Assembly: GCA_963662545.2 (NCBI GenBank)
Contig: CAXXLL010000002.1
Location: 1,344,001 to 1,408,000, forward strand
From: Gammaproteobacteria bacterium
GTDB taxonomy: Bacteria; Pseudomonadota; Gammaproteobacteria; Ga0077536
DNA: 64,000 bases
Reading direction: 5' to 3'
Position numbers and translations under genes: made by a program. Below, in pieces: positions 49,848 through 60,239 of this stretch. Under the pieces are notes generated by a model. The model did not search any database. It saw only the letters and a program-made list of their open reading frames with translations, and had not been told where the DNA came from. Position 1 is the stretch's first letter, and each line of letters starts with the position of its first letter.

Positions 49848-50534
49848 ATGAACGCGCCCGCCATTACCCACCGGGAACCTTGTCTGCGGCCGTCCGAGGT
49901 CATCGATTCAGATCACGAGATCGTCGCCGCCTAAATCGAGCGCCACACGGCCGGATGCCCCGACGATCGGGCCAGGGCCGTCGCGCTGTACTATGCCGTG
50001 AGGGACGGTATTCGATACGACGCCTACTGTATCGACCTGTCGCCGGCGGGTCTGCGGGCGAGCAGTACGCTCGCGGCCGGGCGCGGCTGGTGTGTTAGCA
50101 AGGCCATTGCATTGACCGCCTGCTGCCGGGCGGCGGGCATACCCGCCGGCCTCGGCTTCGCCGATGTCCAAAATCACCTCTCCACCGAACGAATGCGGCG
50201 AATCATGGGGACTAACGTGTTTGTCTGGCACGGTTACAGCTCGATATGGCTGGAAGACCAATGGCTCAAGGCAACGCCGGCATTCAATCGCGAACTGTGC
50301 GATAAGTTTCGTATTCTGCCACTCGAATTCGACGGCCGGGAAGATTCGATCTTTCACGCCTTTGACCGCGAGGGCCACGAACATATGGAGTACCTCGCCT
50401 ACCGGGGCGAGTTCGCCGAGGTACCGATCACAGCGCTCCAGGTGGATTTCGCCGCGCATTATGCACGCTTGATGAAGTCGATCACCAATGGAGATTTCGA
50501 TCAGGAAGTGGCGGTGGAAACCGGCGCAGATTGA
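49848..50534 (+). pseudogene. Transglutaminase-like protein with an in-frame TAA at codon 29 (49932-49934)
   Basis: IDSDHEIVAA*IERH...ALYYAVRDGIRY reads in one frame; GWCVSKA and WHGY catalytic motifs. Confidence 0.8.
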
Positions 50535-50607
50535 ACTATCCCGGAAAACAGTAGCCAAGCGCCCAGTGGCTGCTCGAAGACGCCCTTTACGCGGAAACGG
50601 CGTGTCC

Positions 50608-51702
50608 CTATCTCGCCGGCGTGTTGCGCGCGGAAAGGAACCGGTTGATTCCGAAATCCTCCCGGAAATCCTGACTCTTGTTCAGGAAATCAGCTTCCAT
50701 CGGGATCCCGATGGCGTCGGCAACGCGATCATTGCGGCTGAAATTTCCGGCGATCACCGAAGGCGCGACCAAAGCGTCGTCGCCCAGGCGCTTGACGAGT
50801 GCGTTGCGGGCGTTCGCGAGTGCTTCGGCATCCGTGCCGATCACGGTACTGGCAAACGCCAGCAGGAGGTCACCATCGGGGATGCCGATACCCTCGCTTG
50901 GGTCGATGATGGCCCGGATCTTGACTTTATATCCTCTGAGCTCGGCGCTCGCACGGAGCGCCACGCTATGCGACACAGTTCAGTAAAAGCACTCATTGAG
51001 CGCGGAGACCCGCCCAGCAACGGTCTCGACTTGCGGGCGGCTCAGCGACGGGTGGTGTGAATAACTGAAATCGAAGAATTTGTTCAGCGGCAGGTACTGG
51101 ATATTGCCCCCATTGATCACGCGTGCCGCTTCGGCCGGAACGAGGCTGAGGGCGCGATAGACGAACGGCATCATACCGCCGCCGTACAAGGCCTTGGCGG
51201 CGGCACCGCCGCTCTCGTCGCTCGGCAGTGTCGGTACCCACGCGCCTTCGTCCATGGCCGTGTCCGGGCGTTCGAAGCTCGGTTCACCATCGACGGGCTC
51301 GCGTAAAGGGCGCATCGCTACACCGATACCGCGAGCGAAGACGTCGAGATTGGCGAGACGCGCAACGACGCCCACCGTCTCAACATATTCGGCGTCGCTG
51401 ATTTCGGCGGCGAGCGTACGTTCGAAGAAAGAACGCTCGATGTCTTTCGGTGCGACGGCGATTTGTGTCACGACGTCGAGCAACGCACGGGGCAGGACGT
51501 CGTCAGCGGGTTTCCGAGTCTCTCCGTCCATGGCTTCCTGCACGCCGGCCCGGCAGCGGGCATAGCGCGCCTGGCGCGCGATCGCCGTTCGCTCCTCACC
51601 GGTAAGCCAGGTACCGGCTTTGGCAAAAGTTTCGAATTCCTCCTCGTGGTATCGTTCGTATGCCGGGTCCGTCTGGAACTTTGAATCTTCGTAAAATCCC
51701 AT
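50608..51702 (-). CDS. AhpD/alkylhydroperoxidase-related selenoprotein (UGA read as Sec at 50980-50982), 364 aa
   Basis: VSALNECFY-UGA-TVSHSVALRAS continues in frame (CxxU); SECIS-like hairpin just downstream. Confidence 0.8.
50944..50962 (-). promoter_or_regulatory. Putative bacterial SECIS hairpin
   Basis: GGCGCUC-CGUGC-GAGCGCC starting 17 nt after the UGA; loop contains GU. Confidence 0.65.
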
Positions 51703-51762
51703 GTCGTGGTCTCTCCGTACATCCACCGGTGCCGGTATGCGGTCACAGACCTCGGTATTTTA

Positions 51763-51813
51763 GCAGCCTGTTGAACTTAGGGAATCATAGCGATGAGGGT
51801 GGGAGAGCGCGGC
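51763..51813. repeat. Partial copy of one end of the 33734-33991 MITE
   Basis: gcagcctgttgaacttagggaatcatagcgatgagggtgggagagcg vs gcagcctgtcggacttagggaatcgtagcgaggcgggtgggagagcg. Confidence 0.75.
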
Positions 51814-51898
51814 ACCGGCACCCGTTCGCATTTCCCTATCAGCATCCCGGCCGCGGCCCGCAGCCCAGCCGGCGCGGTGTACGTGCGGATCGGCTGCG

Positions 51899-53416
51899 CT
51901 AGGTATGGATATCGAGGATTGAGAGCGCGGCCTTGCGTCCGGCGCGGCGCTGCAAGTACTCATTGACCATTCCCGCGTAATCGGCCGCCCCGTAGCGCCC
52001 GAGTAGTTCAGCGACGATGTTGGGAAGTTTCCGGTACGGCGACAGGCCGAGTTCGATCAACATGACGTCGATATATTGTTGAAAGCGCGTACTGATGGCG
52101 CACGAGCGGGAGGGTTCATAATGAATGAATCGCCGCTTCCAGTCTTTTACGGCGTCGATGCAATGCTCCATCTTTTCGCGCAGCGGCAGATCAATGTCCC
52201 CGTCGAGGAGGGCACAGAGCCACGGCGCACCGATCTCCGCGGCGGTGACGTGCATGAAACCGTGGTTGTAGCCGGCGAATGCGAGGTTTGGAATGGCTGG
52301 ATGCACTAGATGGCGGAAAAGCTGGACACCATCGTCTTCGGTTTCAAGTAATGCTCGGTATTCCGGCGGAAAGAAAGGAAAGACCGGCGGTTCGGAGCCG
52401 ACCGCGAGGACCACGACCTCCGCCGGCAATTCGGTGCCGTCGGAGAGCCTTACTCCGTTTCGCGAGAATCCCGCCAGACCCGCATGATGGGGTTCGATCG
52501 CGCCCTGCGCGACCTGATTGAAGTAGTTGATCGGAGCCATGGCCGTCGCCGATCGTAGATCCGGTGCGAAGCCGTGCTGCGGCGTGACGGTGTCGAGGCG
52601 TTTCGATGCCGCCTCTCCGAGGCCGCGCGCATGCCCGCGCATGTGCCGCTTAACAATCCACCCGACCAAACGCCAGAATTCGCGCACCACAAAGGGCAGC
52701 CGGAGGTGCAGGAAACGCTCGACGCGGCTGCCATGCACCCAACTCGGCATGAACACGGTCGTGCAACGAGCGAAAAATGGATAGGTGAAGTGCAGCCCCA
52801 GGATGCGGAAGGGAATCAACCAGCGCGGCGTGCGGAAAACGTGGTCGACGCGTCGCGTTCGGGTTGCCGCGAACGACGCGATGTCGACGGCGCTCTTGCC
52901 GAATCCGACGACCACCACCCGGCGTTCGTCGAAAAGCTCCAGCTTGTCGATGTCGCGCTCGGTGATGACGGTGCCCGAAAAGGCGTCCTCCCCGGCGAAA
53001 CGCGGACGGTGTTTCCCTTCGCTGTATTGGCCGATCGCCACCACGACGTAATCGAACTCGGCGTTCTCCGTATTGCCATGCGTCTGGCTGGTGACGATCC
53101 AGCCGGCATCGCCAGGCGTGATCGCGGTGATCTCGTGGTCCACGCGCACGTCGAGACCAAAGCTTTCAACGGCGTGGTGAAGGTATTCGAGAATCTGCCG
53201 GGACGTCGGGTGCTGATCGGGTGGCGTCGACCATGGCAGATCGACGAAATGATATTGTTCACGGCTGTTCTGTAGACGGACGTCCGGATACGAAGTCGCC
53301 CAGATACCGCCGATGCGATCGGATTTTTCAAACACGATGCACTCGTGGCCGAAGCGCTTGAATACGTTGGCGAACGCGAGGCCGGAGATGCCGCCCCCGA
53401 TGACGGCTACGCGCAT
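51899..53416 (-). CDS. Flavin-containing monooxygenase (FMO family)
   Basis: GGGISG, GGIW and GFGKSA motifs. Confidence 0.88.
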   Translation of the reverse strand: MRVAVIGGGISGLAFANVFKRFGHECIVFEKSDRIGGIWATSYPDVRLQNSREQYHFVDLPWSTPPDQHPTSRQILEYLHHAVESFGLDVRVDHEITAITPGDAGWIVTSQTHGNTENAEFDYVVVAIGQYSEGKHRPRFAGEDAFSGTVITERDIDKLELFDERRVVVVGFGKSAVDIASFAATRTRRVDHVFRTPRWLIPFRILGLHFTYPFFARCTTVFMPSWVHGSRVERFLHLRLPFVVREFWRLVGWIVKRHMRGHARGLGEAASKRLDTVTPQHGFAPDLRSATAMAPINYFNQVAQGAIEPHHAGLAGFSRNGVRLSDGTELPAEVVVLAVGSEPPVFPFFPPEYRALLETEDDGVQLFRHLVHPAIPNLAFAGYNHGFMHVTAAEIGAPWLCALLDGDIDLPLREKMEHCIDAVKDWKRRFIHYEPSRSCAISTRFQQYIDVMLIELGLSPYRKLPNIVAELLGRYGAADYAGMVNEYLQRRAGRKAALSILDIHT

Positions 53417-53552
53417 GGGCACTCTGCGTTCATCACGGGGCAACAACAATCCTGGCTTGGGCCATGCAGAATAGCCTACGTCAGCCTAAGAGGGAGGTCG
53501 ATCCCATTCTTGGCCGATCAGCGACGGCGAGCGCGCTACGCGAGCGGAGTCG

Positions 53553-55238
53553 CTAATTTTCGTGAACGATCTGTCCGTCGACCAGGGTCAGATCCACTTG
53601 AAGGCCTTTGAGCGCATCGATTTCACAGCCCAGCGGATCGCCGTCGACAACGATCAGATCAGCCCGTTTACCGGGCTCGATGGACCCGATTTCCCGTTCC
53701 ATCTTGAGCGCCCAAGCGCCGTTGACAGTAAAGCAGCGGATGGCTTCTTCGCGCGAGATTTGCTGTTTCGCACCGATCACCTCGCCGGTTAATCCGGCCC
53801 GGCGGGCGAGACTCTGCCACAGGGTGAAAAACGCTTCGTGCGGTCCCCAGTCGGTGCTTTGCGCGATCGGGACTCCACCGTCCAGCCAGTCCCGCATCGG
53901 TATTGCCTTATCGGCATAAACGTCGCCGAGGCGGGCCTTGTACACTTCCGCGCCTTTGCCCCAGATGAAATTGGTCGATGTCGTCGGCGCGACACCGAGT
54001 CGCGAACATTCGGCAATCTGTTCCCTCGTCGGGAACTCGCAATGCTCGAGTACGTAGCGCTTGTCGCGGATTGGCTCGCCGCGATCGATCTCGTCGAACG
54101 CCTTCAATGCGATACCAATGGAGCCGCGGCCGGCGGCTTCGGCGTGGATCCGAAAATTCATCGACGCGGCAAGGTCGAGGATCGCCCGGTAGTTGTCCCA
54201 GGGCACCAGCGGTTCCGGATCAACCATGTCCCCGAAGGGGCCGGGATAAGGTCGATCGTTAACCGCGGCGCCGTGCCAGTATGGACCGTCCAGCCCGATG
54301 CTGACCCCGCACACCTTGAGACGGGCGCTGCCGAACCCCCCATTGGCCGCAAAGCTTACGGTCTGCAGGTACTCCGCGATCGCGTCCAGCGGTTTGCCGC
54401 AATCAATTTCGAAGGTATAAAAAACCCTCAGGGGTAAGCGCTCTTGTTCGAGCAGTTCTGCGTAGGCACGAAGTTCTTCCGGCTGAGTCAAATGTGCTTC
54501 GAGTAGGGTCGTCGTACCATGACGGGTAAATACGGGTGCGAGTTCCGCAATGCCGTCGCGCACGTCCGCGTAGCAGGGTCGCGGCGCTGCCTGTTCCACC
54601 ATCTGGTAAAGCGGATCGACGTTGTAAATCGGCTGCAGCGCGCCCTCGAGGATTCCCGTGGGTCTTCCTTTATCATCGAGCAGCACGCGCGAACGAGGCG
54701 ATACATCGGTACCGGCCTCGATGCCGGTCGCATTGAGCGCTGCGCTGTTGAGCACGGCAAAATTGGGAACCCGGTTGGTGGGTGCTTGAATGTACACGGG
54801 GTTATTCGGCGTGACCGCATCGAGATCAGCACACGTCGGTACGGCTCCCGCGGCACGCAGCGCCTCGGCGTTCAGGAAATACGGGGGATCGCCGATCGGC
54901 ATCGACACGATCCATGCACCGGGTGTCGTCGTCCTTGCCCGCGCCGCGATTCGCTCGATAATTGCTTCTTTGGTGGTCGCGCCGTCCAGTTGTACCTTGA
55001 GTTCGTCGAGGCCGAACAGGGCGACGTGGCCATGGGTGTCGATGAAGCCGGGCATGAGCGTGCGGCCGCCGAGATCGATACGCCGGGTGCCCGCGGGCGC
55101 CGCCCGATCGAGGTCCGCAGAGTCTCCGACGGCGACGATTCGGCCGTGCTGCACGCGTACCGCTTCGGCGATCGAAAACGCGGGGTCGACCGTGAGGACC
55201 TGGCCGTTACTGAACAGAATCGATTGAGTTTCCGCCAT
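53553..55238 (-). CDS. Amidohydrolase (Amidohydro_3, YtcJ-like)
   Basis: PGFIDTHGH, LEHCE and GSIEPGKRADL motifs. Confidence 0.9.
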   Translation of the reverse strand: MAETQSILFSNGQVLTVDPAFSIAEAVRVQHGRIVAVGDSADLDRAAPAGTRRIDLGGRTLMPGFIDTHGHVALFGLDELKVQLDGATTKEAIIERIAARARTTTPGAWIVSMPIGDPPYFLNAEALRAAGAVPTCADLDAVTPNNPVYIQAPTNRVPNFAVLNSAALNATGIEAGTDVSPRSRVLLDDKGRPTGILEGALQPIYNVDPLYQMVEQAAPRPCYADVRDGIAELAPVFTRHGTTTLLEAHLTQPEELRAYAELLEQERLPLRVFYTFEIDCGKPLDAIAEYLQTVSFAANGGFGSARLKVCGVSIGLDGPYWHGAAVNDRPYPGPFGDMVDPEPLVPWDNYRAILDLAASMNFRIHAEAAGRGSIGIALKAFDEIDRGEPIRDKRYVLEHCEFPTREQIAECSRLGVAPTTSTNFIWGKGAEVYKARLGDVYADKAIPMRDWLDGGVPIAQSTDWGPHEAFFTLWQSLARRAGLTGEVIGAKQQISREEAIRCFTVNGAWALKMEREIGSIEPGKRADLIVVDGDPLGCEIDALKGLQVDLTLVDGQIVHEN

Positions 55239-55380
55239 GAACTGACTGTGCCTTTTTAGTCCGCCTAGCCCGTGAGATTGCGCGCTGCATTATGTGCGCA
55301 TAATCTGAACCTCTACAATCCATCCCGAAAGGTGGCCTTCGCTGAACGCCAAGCTGCTGCGGCTCGCTGTTTTCGGTGCC

Positions 55381-57225
55381 GTGCTGGTTTATACCACCGG
55401 ATTTTTGTTGTGGTACAGCGCGACTCCGCTCGGTCTTTTCCCGGTGCTCGACGGGCGCGAGATCCTGAGCCTTGCCGGGCGTATCGCGGCCGGTGATTTG
55501 CCCGCGGAACCTTTTTACCGTGCGCCCCTTTATCCAACGCTGCTCGCTATATTGACCGAAGCCGGCGTCGCTCCGTCCGATCTCCCGTTTGCGGCGCGGA
55601 TGCTGAACGGGGTGCTGCATCTAGTCAATACGTTTCTCGTGTGGCGATTGGCGGGTCACGCATGGCGCAGTGATGGCGCGGCTGCCATTGCGGCCGTGTT
55701 GTACGGTCTGAACCCGGTCGTGCTCCATTTTGTCGTTGATCCGCTCGACATTACCCTGGCTATCTCTCTGATGCTGGCCGCGCTCTATGCAGGGGGGCCG
55801 GGCCGCCTGCCTGATCTCCACGCCGGCCGCCTCGCTGTCGCCTCGGCTTGTTGCGGGCTCGCGGTCCTGACGCGACCACAGATGGCGACCATTCTGCTCG
55901 CGTGGTTTACGATCTTGGCCTGCAGTTCCGGTTCGATATCAATTCGAATGAGGACTTTGCTGGCGGGGCTGCTGCCGGCGCTCGTGGTACTCGGCACGAT
56001 GGGCGCGATCAATCACGCGTTATCCGGGGAATTCCGCGTATTGCCCTGGCAGGGGGCATTCAACCTCTGGTCGGCAAACCGCCCCGGTGCTCACGGACGG
56101 TATTTCGAACAGTCGTCGAGCGTCGGTTCCTATGAGGAGGGCACGAACCCCGCGCGCCTCGAATCGGAACGGTTGTATCGCCAGCTCAATGAAGGCGTAA
56201 CGCTCGACCGCAACCGGATGTCCCGTTTCTGGCGGGATCGGACGATTGCCTATGTTCTCAGCGAACCCGGCCAATGGATGCGCCTGCTCGTGAGCAAGGC
56301 TTATTACCTGGTGAACAACTTCGAGCAGTACAACAACAAAACATACCAATTTCATAAACAGCGTTCTGTTTGGCTGCAATGGAATCCCATCGGCTGGGCA
56401 TGGGTCCTGGCGTTCGGTGCGGCAGGCATGGTTTCGGGCTGGCGGCAGGCGGGGGTGAAGCGCTTGATGCTCTTCGCCGCGGTATACGCAGCGGGCCTGA
56501 TCATCACTTACGTTAGCGCGCGATTCCGTTTGCCGCTAGTGCCGTTGATGGCCGTGATGGCAGGCGGCATCGCAATTTCGGTGCGCGCTACAACGACGCG
56601 CATACGTACGGGGCTGATCGTTCTCGGGGTTTTCTGCGCCAGCAGCATCCCGATGGCGACGAACGAAAGGGAGAAAACCTATTTGCAGGATCACCTGCTC
56701 CTGGCGCGGGCCAATTCGAGCCTGGGCCATCATGCGGCCGCGATCGTTCACGCGCGAGCGGCGTTGAACACTGTGCCGGACAATGATGCGGGCCGCGAGT
56801 TGATCTGCGTCGCGGAATTCAACCGTTGGTTATACGGCGCGCAATCAAACGGCGACTTGCCACGGGTCGCGCAAGCCTGCGAACAATCTACGCCATCGTC
56901 TGACGTGGCGCGTCGAATTGCAGGCATCGTGTACTGGCGGCTCGACCGCGATGAGGAGGCCGTGGACGCCTGGTCGAAGGTCGTTCGAGAGGATTCGCCA
57001 GAACGCCCGGCCTCGTTCGCGGCGCTGTTGATGACCGGCCATGTCGACCCGTCGGACGTCGCGCTCGACTCGGCGAACGAAGCGGAGATCGACGACGTTG
57101 TGCTGCTCGCAATGATGGCCCGAGGTGACGCGCGGGCCGCGAGTGCGTTGTCGAGGCGAATGGATCCGGACGAAGTTAAACGTCAGATCGCGGCGCTGAA
57201 AAAGACTTTCGAACGATCCCCGTGA
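55381..57225 (+). CDS. GT-C (family 39-like) membrane glycosyltransferase with a helical C-terminal region; start uncertain
   Basis: PVLD, PFYRAPLYP, GLAVLTRP and RFRLPLVP motifs; many TM segments. Confidence 0.72.
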   Translation: MLVYTTGFLLWYSATPLGLFPVLDGREILSLAGRIAAGDLPAEPFYRAPLYPTLLAILTEAGVAPSDLPFAARMLNGVLHLVNTFLVWRLAGHAWRSDGAAAIAAVLYGLNPVVLHFVVDPLDITLAISLMLAALYAGGPGRLPDLHAGRLAVASACCGLAVLTRPQMATILLAWFTILACSSGSISIRMRTLLAGLLPALVVLGTMGAINHALSGEFRVLPWQGAFNLWSANRPGAHGRYFEQSSSVGSYEEGTNPARLESERLYRQLNEGVTLDRNRMSRFWRDRTIAYVLSEPGQWMRLLVSKAYYLVNNFEQYNNKTYQFHKQRSVWLQWNPIGWAWVLAFGAAGMVSGWRQAGVKRLMLFAAVYAAGLIITYVSARFRLPLVPLMAVMAGGIAISVRATTTRIRTGLIVLGVFCASSIPMATNEREKTYLQDHLLLARANSSLGHHAAAIVHARAALNTVPDNDAGRELICVAEFNRWLYGAQSNGDLPRVAQACEQSTPSSDVARRIAGIVYWRLDRDEEAVDAWSKVVREDSPERPASFAALLMTGHVDPSDVALDSANEAEIDDVVLLAMMARGDARAASALSRRMDPDEVKRQIAALKKTFERSP

Positions 57226-57293
57226 AACGAAGAACATCAGGGTCGAGGAATTTAGATCTTGGCGCCGCGCCTCACAAGGAGTTTTCGGTGAGC

Positions 57294-57491
57294 TTATGCG
57301 ACGTCACTGACGAAACGGCTGCCCACGCCATACGCGTCGAGCTTTGCGGATCCGCCGCCGTTATCGCTGAGGACCACGGGCTGTTCGATGGTGTCTTTGA
57401 GGTGGGCGGCGATATTGTCGGCGACGATAAATACGCTCGCGCAAAATAGCACGAAGATGGCGGTGGTAATAAAGTTTGCGATCTTGTTCAT
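57294..57491 (-). CDS. Small protein (65 aa) with an N-terminal TM/signal segment
   Basis: RBS ggag; hydrophobic N-terminus. Confidence 0.55.
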   Translation of the reverse strand: MNKIANFITTAIFVLFCASVFIVADNIAAHLKDTIEQPVVLSDNGGGSAKLDAYGVGSRFVSDVA

Positions 57492-57528
57492 GACAGTGCT
57501 CCGGTTAGGAAGTTTGAGCGATGGCGCA

Positions 57529-57774
57529 CTAGCCGTCCCTGCCGGACACGCGCACCGGTTGCCGGATGATGCGCGTGCCGAGTGGCTCGCTTTGTGCGAT
57601 CGAGGATTTACCGTGGGTTTGCGCGAAATCTTCGCCGAAGGCGGCGTGACGGTTGCTCGCGGCAGTCATCGACAGGGCGACGACGAGGGCGAGAGTGGCG
57701 ACAAATGCCGGGCCAGCGAACCGCGCCGCGGCCGCGGTGGCCCGGTTTCGTATTGAAAGGGTCGGGTGGGTCAT
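57529..57774 (-). CDS. Small protein (81 aa) with a signal/TM segment
   Basis: RBS agagg; operator palindrome upstream. Confidence 0.5.
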   Translation of the reverse strand: MTHPTLSIRNRATAAAARFAGPAFVATLALVVALSMTAASNRHAAFGEDFAQTHGKSSIAQSEPLGTRIIRQPVRVSGRDG

Positions 57775-57854
57775 GATGTATTTCCTCTTGTGAACGGGGT
57801 TGAACGGGAGTTCGCCGTGTTAGCGCTTCCGTTGGGGGAAACGCATGGGTTATT

Positions 57855-58046
57855 TCAAAAACCGACCTGTCGGTCGGTTTCAGCATTGATAAATGCCGAG
57901 GCTCGGTGATCGGCCGACGGACCACCGGCTTCGGCGGTGGTCGGTTGGGTTACGCCAAGCGCGAAGGCAAGAGCGAGTGCCAGGATGCCGGTTCCTAAGG
58001 ATGCGCCCAAGCCCTTGCGTTGCGTGGATCTAATCAATGATTTCAT
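57855..58046 (-). CDS. Small secreted protein (63 aa)
   Basis: RBS aggag; signal peptide ending AEA; operator palindrome upstream. Confidence 0.55.
   Translation of the reverse strand: MKSLIRSTQRKGLGASLGTGILALALAFALGVTQPTTAEAGGPSADHRASAFINAETDRQVGF
57859..57880. promoter_or_regulatory. Putative TetR operator 1
   Basis: aaaccgacc-tgtc-ggtcggttt (perfect 9-bp arms). Confidence 0.75.
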
Positions 58047-58074
58047 GTCGATTCTCCTGTTGAGGTTAAGATAA

Positions 58075-58096
58075 AAACCGACTAGTCGGTCGGTGG
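58075..58096. promoter_or_regulatory. Putative TetR operator 2
   Basis: aaaccgact-agtc-ggtcggtgg. Confidence 0.7.
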
Positions 58097-58122
58097 TTGG
58101 GCAAACTTTTTACATGGCTAAT

Positions 58123-58737
58123 TCAGCCGGGCTGCTTGCGCAAATCGTCCAGATACGTCATCAGCCCCTTGATCGCGGCTTTGAAGATGTTGCAGTTCTG
58201 GGCGTTCTTGGCCAGACCGGTAGCACCCTGCATGCAGGCGATGATGAAATAGGCCACCTCGCTGGCATCGACGTCGTCGCGCATCAGGCCCCGTTGCTGG
58301 GCACCCGCAAGCGCGTTATGCACGCGCCGGTGCCAGTTGGCGTAGACCTTTTCGATACGCAGTCGAAAGCCCTCGTCGACCGGTGACATCTCCTGTGCCA
58401 GATTGTTGATCGGGCAACCGCAGTGCAGGGACCGACCTTCTAGTTTGTCAGCCTTTTCCTCGATCATTTCGCGTAAGCCCAGGATCGGATCCTCCTGATT
58501 CAATGCCGACTCCCATAACTCGTCGGTAGCCGTATAAAAGATGTCGTCGATAACGGCGTAGCCCAGCGCCTGTTTGCTCGGGAAATGGTGGTAGAGCGCG
58601 CCCTTGGAGATGCCGAGATTCTTCAGGATCTCCGCGATCGAAGCCGCTTGGAAACCGACGCGATAGATTTCTTCGGCCGCGGCGGAGAGGATATTATCCC
58701 GCGTGATTTCTGCCTGGATTTGCCGTTGATTGACCAT
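58123..58737 (-). CDS. TetR/AcrR-family transcriptional regulator
   Basis: TRDNILSAA...GFQAASIAEIL..LGISKGALYHHFPSK; GCPINNLAQE. Confidence 0.94.
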   Translation of the reverse strand: MVNQRQIQAEITRDNILSAAAEEIYRVGFQAASIAEILKNLGISKGALYHHFPSKQALGYAVIDDIFYTATDELWESALNQEDPILGLREMIEEKADKLEGRSLHCGCPINNLAQEMSPVDEGFRLRIEKVYANWHRRVHNALAGAQQRGLMRDDVDASEVAYFIIACMQGATGLAKNAQNCNIFKAAIKGLMTYLDDLRKQPG

Positions 58738-58748
58738 GACGCGTAAGT

Positions 58749-58770
58749 ATACAGACCGGTCGGTCGGTTT
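58749..58770. promoter_or_regulatory. Putative TetR operator 3 (autoregulatory)
   Basis: atacagacc-ggtc-ggtcggttt just upstream of the tetR ATG. Confidence 0.75.
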
Positions 58771-59057
58771 GCAAGCTAAACTTAGCTTTATACGGGGTTT
58801 TTGTCCCGGCTCCCATATTTCTCTCACATTTTCGTTTTTTCCGCGCTCTGCCATGCGCTGTTCTGGGACACCTACGCAATTTTCGGGGCACCCTCATCAC
58901 GTTGGCTCCGGCGGCGGTTGACCGCTTGGCTCGGAAAGCGCGAAGCCATAAGGCCGTCGGTTTCGGTCCAGCCGGATTGACAGCACCCAGGCGGCCGACC
59001 AAGCTCGCGGGTAACGCGCCGGATTGTGCGGGCGCGAACAATAAGATGGGGAAATCC

Positions 59058-60239
59058 ATGTTTCACGAACCCGTATTCTCGCGCGGCGAGTTTCAAGCTC
59101 GCTATGAGCGCGCGTGGCACAAGATGGGGGAGGCGGGGCTCGACGCCATCGTCACCTACAATCCCGGCAATCAGTTCTGGCTGACGGGATACATGGGTTC
59201 CTTATCGGCCAAGCGCTTCCCGGAATTTTCCCATCACGCGCTTTATCCCAAGGTGGTACTGGTACGCGGCCACGATCCCGTCATCGTCGGCTTCGTCCTG
59301 CCGCAGGAAACCTACGAGCGGGAAACCCATGTCGACGACATTCGCACCGTTATGCCGCCGTTCGAAGAAAACCGTCCGAAAGCCATCAAGGACGTGCTCG
59401 CCGGGTTCAAACTCGAGAAAGGCAAGATCGGTGTCGATCTCGGCGCCTACGGCGGCATCATCGTGCCCGAATTCGAAAACCTGAAGAAGGAAATTCCACA
59501 CGCGGACATCTCGGACTGCGCCGAATTGATGTACCGCTTGAGAATGATCAAGTCCGAAGCAGAGATCGGCTACCTGCGCATCGCCGTCGAGATTCAAAAC
59601 AACGCGTTTCGCAAGTTCGTGCGACGCATCGGCTGCGGCATCAGCGAAACCGAATTGATGTTCACCTTGATGCAGTGCCAGGCCGAAGCGGGAGCGACCG
59701 AAGTCGGTATTGCCATGCCGTGGACGCATCCGGGTTATACCTTCTTCCGGGCCCAGTTTCCCGACCGCCTGATGGTTCCCGGCGATTTCCAGTGGATCGA
59801 CGGCGGCGCGTTATACCGCGGGTATTGTTCCGATTACGACATCATCATTGCCTATGGCTCCCCCTCGTCCGAGCAGATCAAGGCCTTCGATGACATGCAG
59901 CGAATCTATCGGGAAGCACTGGAGTTCTGGACGCCGGGGCGCCGCATTTGCGACATCGCCGAGGACGTGCGGCGGATCGTCAAGGCGCACGATCAGATCG
60001 ATCCGCTTGACGGCCAGTTCATCGGGCATAACCTGGGATATGAAATGGTCGAGAAGCCCTGGTTCGGTGTCGGCAGTCCGCCCGATCTCGAGCTCGAGCC
60101 CAACATGGTGATCGCGCCGGAATGGTTTATCCAGACCCCGTTCGGACCGATGCTGTTCGAGGAGAATTACCTCGTCACCGCCGACGGATTGGAACGACTG
60201 ACGGACTTCCCGTCCAAGCTGCAGGTCGTGCCGGACTAG
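59058..60239 (+). CDS. M24 (Xaa-Pro peptidase/creatinase fold) family protein
   Basis: RMIKSEAEI, IDGGA..GYCSD, GHNLG and FEENYLVT motifs. Confidence 0.88.
   Translation: MFHEPVFSRGEFQARYERAWHKMGEAGLDAIVTYNPGNQFWLTGYMGSLSAKRFPEFSHHALYPKVVLVRGHDPVIVGFVLPQETYERETHVDDIRTVMPPFEENRPKAIKDVLAGFKLEKGKIGVDLGAYGGIIVPEFENLKKEIPHADISDCAELMYRLRMIKSEAEIGYLRIAVEIQNNAFRKFVRRIGCGISETELMFTLMQCQAEAGATEVGIAMPWTHPGYTFFRAQFPDRLMVPGDFQWIDGGALYRGYCSDYDIIIAYGSPSSEQIKAFDDMQRIYREALEFWTPGRRICDIAEDVRRIVKAHDQIDPLDGQFIGHNLGYEMVEKPWFGVGSPPDLELEPNMVIAPEWFIQTPFGPMLFEENYLVTADGLERLTDFPSKLQVVPD

Noticed and set aside
58738-59057. Extended N-termini of TetR (to 58854) and the M24 protein (from 58902)
   Set aside because: They run through the operator and promoter region; the family domains begin at the downstream ATGs.
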